From Eledone cirrhosa (taxonomy: Eukaryota), in contig OZ024742.1 of the NCBI GenBank assembly GCA_964016885.1, positions 268,336,001 through 268,400,000 of the forward strand: 64,000 nucleotides of DNA, given 5' to 3'. Numbering within the stretch: the first letter of the stretch is position 1; each line of letters starts with the position of its first letter. Shown in pieces: positions 62,325 to 64,000 of this stretch. Below the pieces are notes generated by a model. That model searched no databases, was not told where the DNA came from, and was given only the letters and a program-made list of their open reading frames with translations. A program made the translations under genes and the position numbers.

Positions 62325-62924
62325 GGAACAATTGAAGGTACCCGTTTACGTGCGTTGTATCGATGTAAATAACTATGGGTGTTTATTTAAAATTTCCGAC
62401 TGAGTAGGCTGAGATGCAACCGGTCCTAGCAGTAATACCCATGCTAGTTCCGTCAACCTACTTTAGATATATATATCAAATTAAAAAATAGAGTTAAACA
62501 CTGACATTAATCACCTATAATTTTATTATCTCAAGGAATAGATTGCGAGCTGATTATCAATCAACATATATAGAGAGAAGTACAGATAGAGATAAGTATT
62601 TAATCATAAGGGATCAAAACCACCAGATTGACGAAAATATTACCTACGGAAGGAATAATGAATACAAATCAATAAAATCAATATTTTACAGAGTACTAAC
62701 CATCCGTAATAACTATAACATCCGGTCATGCCACTACCAGAGAGTTTCGGTCGGCTGTCACTAGACTGGCAGTGGACTACAATTTAGTTGGTTGGCATGT
62801 ATGACCGTGTCACCGTACAGACCTGGATGTTGGGGCTGCGTATGGTAGTTTACTGTGTTTTGGGGGTAAATAGATAGTTGGTTGGGCGGCTTCAATCTGG
62901 ATTGCTTCGAGAATGATGTAAAAT

Positions 62925-62998
62925 GCTGTCTGATGAGATCATGGCACTGGGACGAGGAATTGCGTGGCCATTGTTGTCATCAAATCATGTGTCACGGC
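62925..62998 (+). ncRNA. Decayed hammerhead
   Basis: gctgt-CTGATGA-gat...atc-AAAT (GAAA lost)-catgtg-TC-acggc. Confidence 0.5.
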
Positions 62999-63079
62999 TT
63001 TATTATTAAAGGAATTTAACATCTGAAAAGACTTTGTATTTCAATACCCCCCCCCCCCCCTCTCTATATATATATATAT

Positions 63080-63212
<133 letters not shown>

Positions 63213-63645
63213 TGTGGGTTTGTATATGCATTTGATTAGTTAGATGACTTGCTGATTACAGTTAGACTTGTGCAATTTTCTGAAATTATGAAATTATTCA
63301 ATTGCAAGAGGCTGTGTAGAAAAGTAGTCATATCGATCATTCACCATCTTATGCAAAGTGTTCTTCTCGTAACAATTTATAAACATAATATATAACACAA
63401 GTTTGTAAATAATATATTATATATTTCCCAATTTAATTTGTTCTCGAGTAAATTTCTCTAAAGCTATTCATTCATTTTCCAATGTAGTCTTATACAATTT
63501 TCATATATTAACGTCTGTTCAAGGGTTACTATTATTTTTTTTATTTCCGTATTTTATGATGGATTTTATGCCAATGTAATTCTATACTTTTGTACATTTG
63601 CTTATTAGCCTTCTTTCTATCCCAATGCATAATTTTGATATATAC

Positions 63646-63722
<77 letters not shown>

Positions 63723-64000
63723 GTGTTGTGTGTGTGTGTGTGCATGAATGTAAATATGTACATGTATGCATGTATATATATATATATATATATTTATTTA
63801 TTTATTTATATATATACATACATATGCACATACATATGCACATGTGCGCACGCATATAGGAAATATTTTAGTTGTTTTGTTAATCTCGTCAATATTATTT
63901 ATCTACAAGAATTTATCACCATATTATTCATAGGAACGGTTGTTAGAATAAACAAATCTATGTAAAAATTATGCAATATAAAAATGTAAAAACGTTAATA

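Overview
An AT-rich, repeat-saturated animal genomic window. The SINE family and the (TA)n/(CA)n/(GA)n microsatellite load suggest a cephalopod such as Octopus, which is an inference. I found no convincing host protein-coding gene. Most ORFs in the track are microsatellite read-throughs, and the rest are decayed transposon fragments: RTE and L1/Tx1 LINEs, Penelope-like elements (PLEs, RT plus GIY-YIG), a Chapaev3-like transposase, a mariner remnant, Helitron-like elements and tRNA-derived SINEs. The main hidden signal is RNA structure. (1) More than 20 minimal type-I hammerhead ribozyme (HHR) motifs, intact or decayed, lie in short PLE-like 3' tails embedded in (TA)n. (2) A 4.3-kb tandem array of ~745-bp non-coding monomers (34394-38706) carries a minus-strand HHR with a large branched stem II in every complete monomer, a retrozyme-like architecture. 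(3) About ten fold-back palindromes of 75-990 bp are present, most built from such tails. (4) Non-canonical HHR cores recur (UUGAAAA, CCGANGA, GCAA). (5) A TGAG...ACCGGT motif is shared near the 3' ends of otherwise dissimilar tails. All structures were folded by eye and none has been tested by computation or experiment.
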